Sequence record: MN310543.1 | DNA from: Microbacterium phage ChickenKing | Reading direction: 5' to 3' (one strand) | DNA length: 24,000 nucleotides | Shown: piece after piece, positions 22,949 through 24,000 of the stretch | Layout of the letters: the number at the start of each line of letters is the position of its first letter | Position numbering within the stretch: the first letter of the stretch is position 1 | The notes under the pieces: model-generated | Seen by the model: the letters and a program-made list of their open reading frames with translations, nothing else | The model's database searches: none | What the model was told of the DNA's origin: nothing | Translations under genes and position numbers: made by a program

Positions 22949-22971
22949 AATTTCCTGCGGGGAATTTCCTG
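22949..22971. repeat. Short direct repeat AATTTCCTG x2, 14-nt period
   Basis: Copies at 22949-22957 and 22963-22971, just upstream of P5 and at the 3' end of the helicase gene. Confidence 0.4.
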
Positions 22972-22974
22972 ATC

Positions 22975-24000
22975 CTATCGCCGGTAGGGATGGCGCTTCT
23001 GCCGCTTGATCTTAGCGACCGTCTTGTTGAGGTGGTCGTGGTCTTCCTGGAGGGTCTTCCACACGTCCTCGTCTACGGTGCCCTTCCCGCACAGGAACCA
23101 CACGGTCGGGCTGGCAGGCGACAACTTGATGCGGTCACTGGCCTGCTTGAAGGTCACGTAGTTGAAGTCACTGGTGTACCAGATCAGGTCGTTGGCTACC
23201 GAGATGTCCACGGCCATCGCCACGGTCCTCGGCTGGACCAAGAGCACCTTGCAGTCCCGGTCGTACTGGAAGTCCTCGATCACATGGTTCTTCTCCTTGG
23301 TGTCCCCCGTGATGATCCGGTACCCGATGCCCTGTCGCCTCATCCAGCCCTTCACCAGCCGGACCTCCCAGAGATGCGTGCAGGCGATGATGACCTTGCC
23401 CTCGGTGCGCTTCTTGACGATGTGGCTGAGCGCTCGCAGGCGTGCTCGAGCGGCCTCCGGGACGGTGAAGCTGGTGCCCTCGTCGTCCTTCGCCCATCCT
23501 GCCACCAGCGACCGCATACGCAGGAGCCTGGTGAGAGGGTTCAGCGCGGCGATGGTGTGGCCCTGGACCTCCACGACACCCTCCTTGAACAGCTCCTTGA
23601 GCTGGAGGCGGATCTCCTCCGGCACCGGGTAGCGCACCTTGCGGATCGGCACCGGGTCGTTCGGCCCGACCATCGTGATGACGTTCGGCTGGAGGTACAG
23701 GCTCAGCTCTGCCTGATGCCGGGGCTTGATCAGCTCGGGGAAGCCCTTGACGTTGGTCCACTCGCCGAAGTACTCCCGGAAGTCCCGAGCAGACGGCCAG
23801 TGATCCCGGATGCTGGGATCGAGGAACGTCCACTGACCGTACACTGCGTCGATCTGGTTCGGGTTGGTGACAGGCGTGCCAGTCATCAGAAGCCGGTAGT
23901 GCCACTTGTCCGCCAGCGGTCTGATGTTCCGCCCGATGACTGAGCTAGGGGTCTTGATGATGTGGCTCTCGTCCAAGAGCATCATCCCCTGGCCCTGGCA
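22975..24000 (-). CDS. SNF2/DEAD-like helicase (partial, start beyond window)
   Basis: Open through the window edge; MMLLDESHIIKTPSS (motif II), RLLMTGTPVTN (III), VIIACTHLWEVRLVKGWM, ITGDTKEKNHVIEDFQ, LLVQPRTVAMAVDIS…, QASDRIKLSPA (VI-like). Confidence 0.88.
   Translation of the reverse strand, partial: CQGQGMMLLDESHIIKTPSSVIGRNIRPLADKWHYRLLMTGTPVTNPNQIDAVYGQWTFLDPSIRDHWPSARDFREYFGEWTNVKGFPELIKPRHQAELSLYLQPNVITMVGPNDPVPIRKVRYPVPEEIRLQLKELFKEGVVEVQGHTIAALNPLTRLLRMRSLVAGWAKDDEGTSFTVPEAARARLRALSHIVKKRTEGKVIIACTHLWEVRLVKGWMRRQGIGYRIITGDTKEKNHVIEDFQYDRDCKVLLVQPRTVAMAVDISVANDLIWYTSDFNYVTFKQASDRIKLSPASPTVWFLCGKGTVDEDVWKTLQEDHDHLNKTVAKIKRQKRHPYRR

Noticed and set aside
22873-23943. 356-aa plus-strand ORF opposite the SNF2-like helicase
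   Set aside because: The minus strand carries clear helicase motifs (DESH, TGTP, etc.); the plus ORF has composition typical of an antisense frame.
1-24000. Mobile elements, integrase, diversity-generating retroelement or recognised defence operon
   Set aside because: No transposase, integrase, reverse transcriptase, HNH homing nuclease or known defence gene pair found in either strand; the SNF2-like helicase sits among replication genes and does not by itself indicate a defence system.

Overview
The window looks like part of a high-GC, tailed (siphovirus-type) actinobacteriophage genome. No host or phage name can be assigned from the sequence alone. About 1-13.9 kb is a rightward structural and lysis module: neck/head-tail proteins, major tail protein, tail assembly chaperones, tape measure, distal tail and minor tail proteins, an endolysin (amidase + LysM + two CW_7-like repeats) and membrane/holin-like proteins. 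A 12-bp perfect hairpin at 13902-13937 separates it from a leftward early/replication module: several small proteins, a primase-helicase-like ATPase, VRR-NUC nuclease, a very acidic ssDNA-binding-like protein, a Sak4/RecA-like ATPase, a Cas4/RecB-like nuclease, DNA polymerase I, an anomalous tRNA-like gene, an H1-like basic protein and a SNF2-type helicase. The strongest unlisted signals are: (1) a family of five repeated minus-strand promoter-like elements (GGGCTTGCGC-N15-GCAATAATCA), two of which sit exactly 6 nt before an ATG and so predict leaderless mRNAs; (2) two 50-aa genes in the small-gene cluster that are absent from the supplied ORF track; (3) seven tandem 44-residue repeats in the tape measure; (4) a CCA-encoding tRNA-like gene with a canonical D arm, T arm and acceptor but an expanded anticodon arm; (5) an 11-bp perfect hairpin enclosing an extended -10 motif upstream of an orphan gene after the lysis cassette; (6) a GH18-like fold in a minor tail protein.
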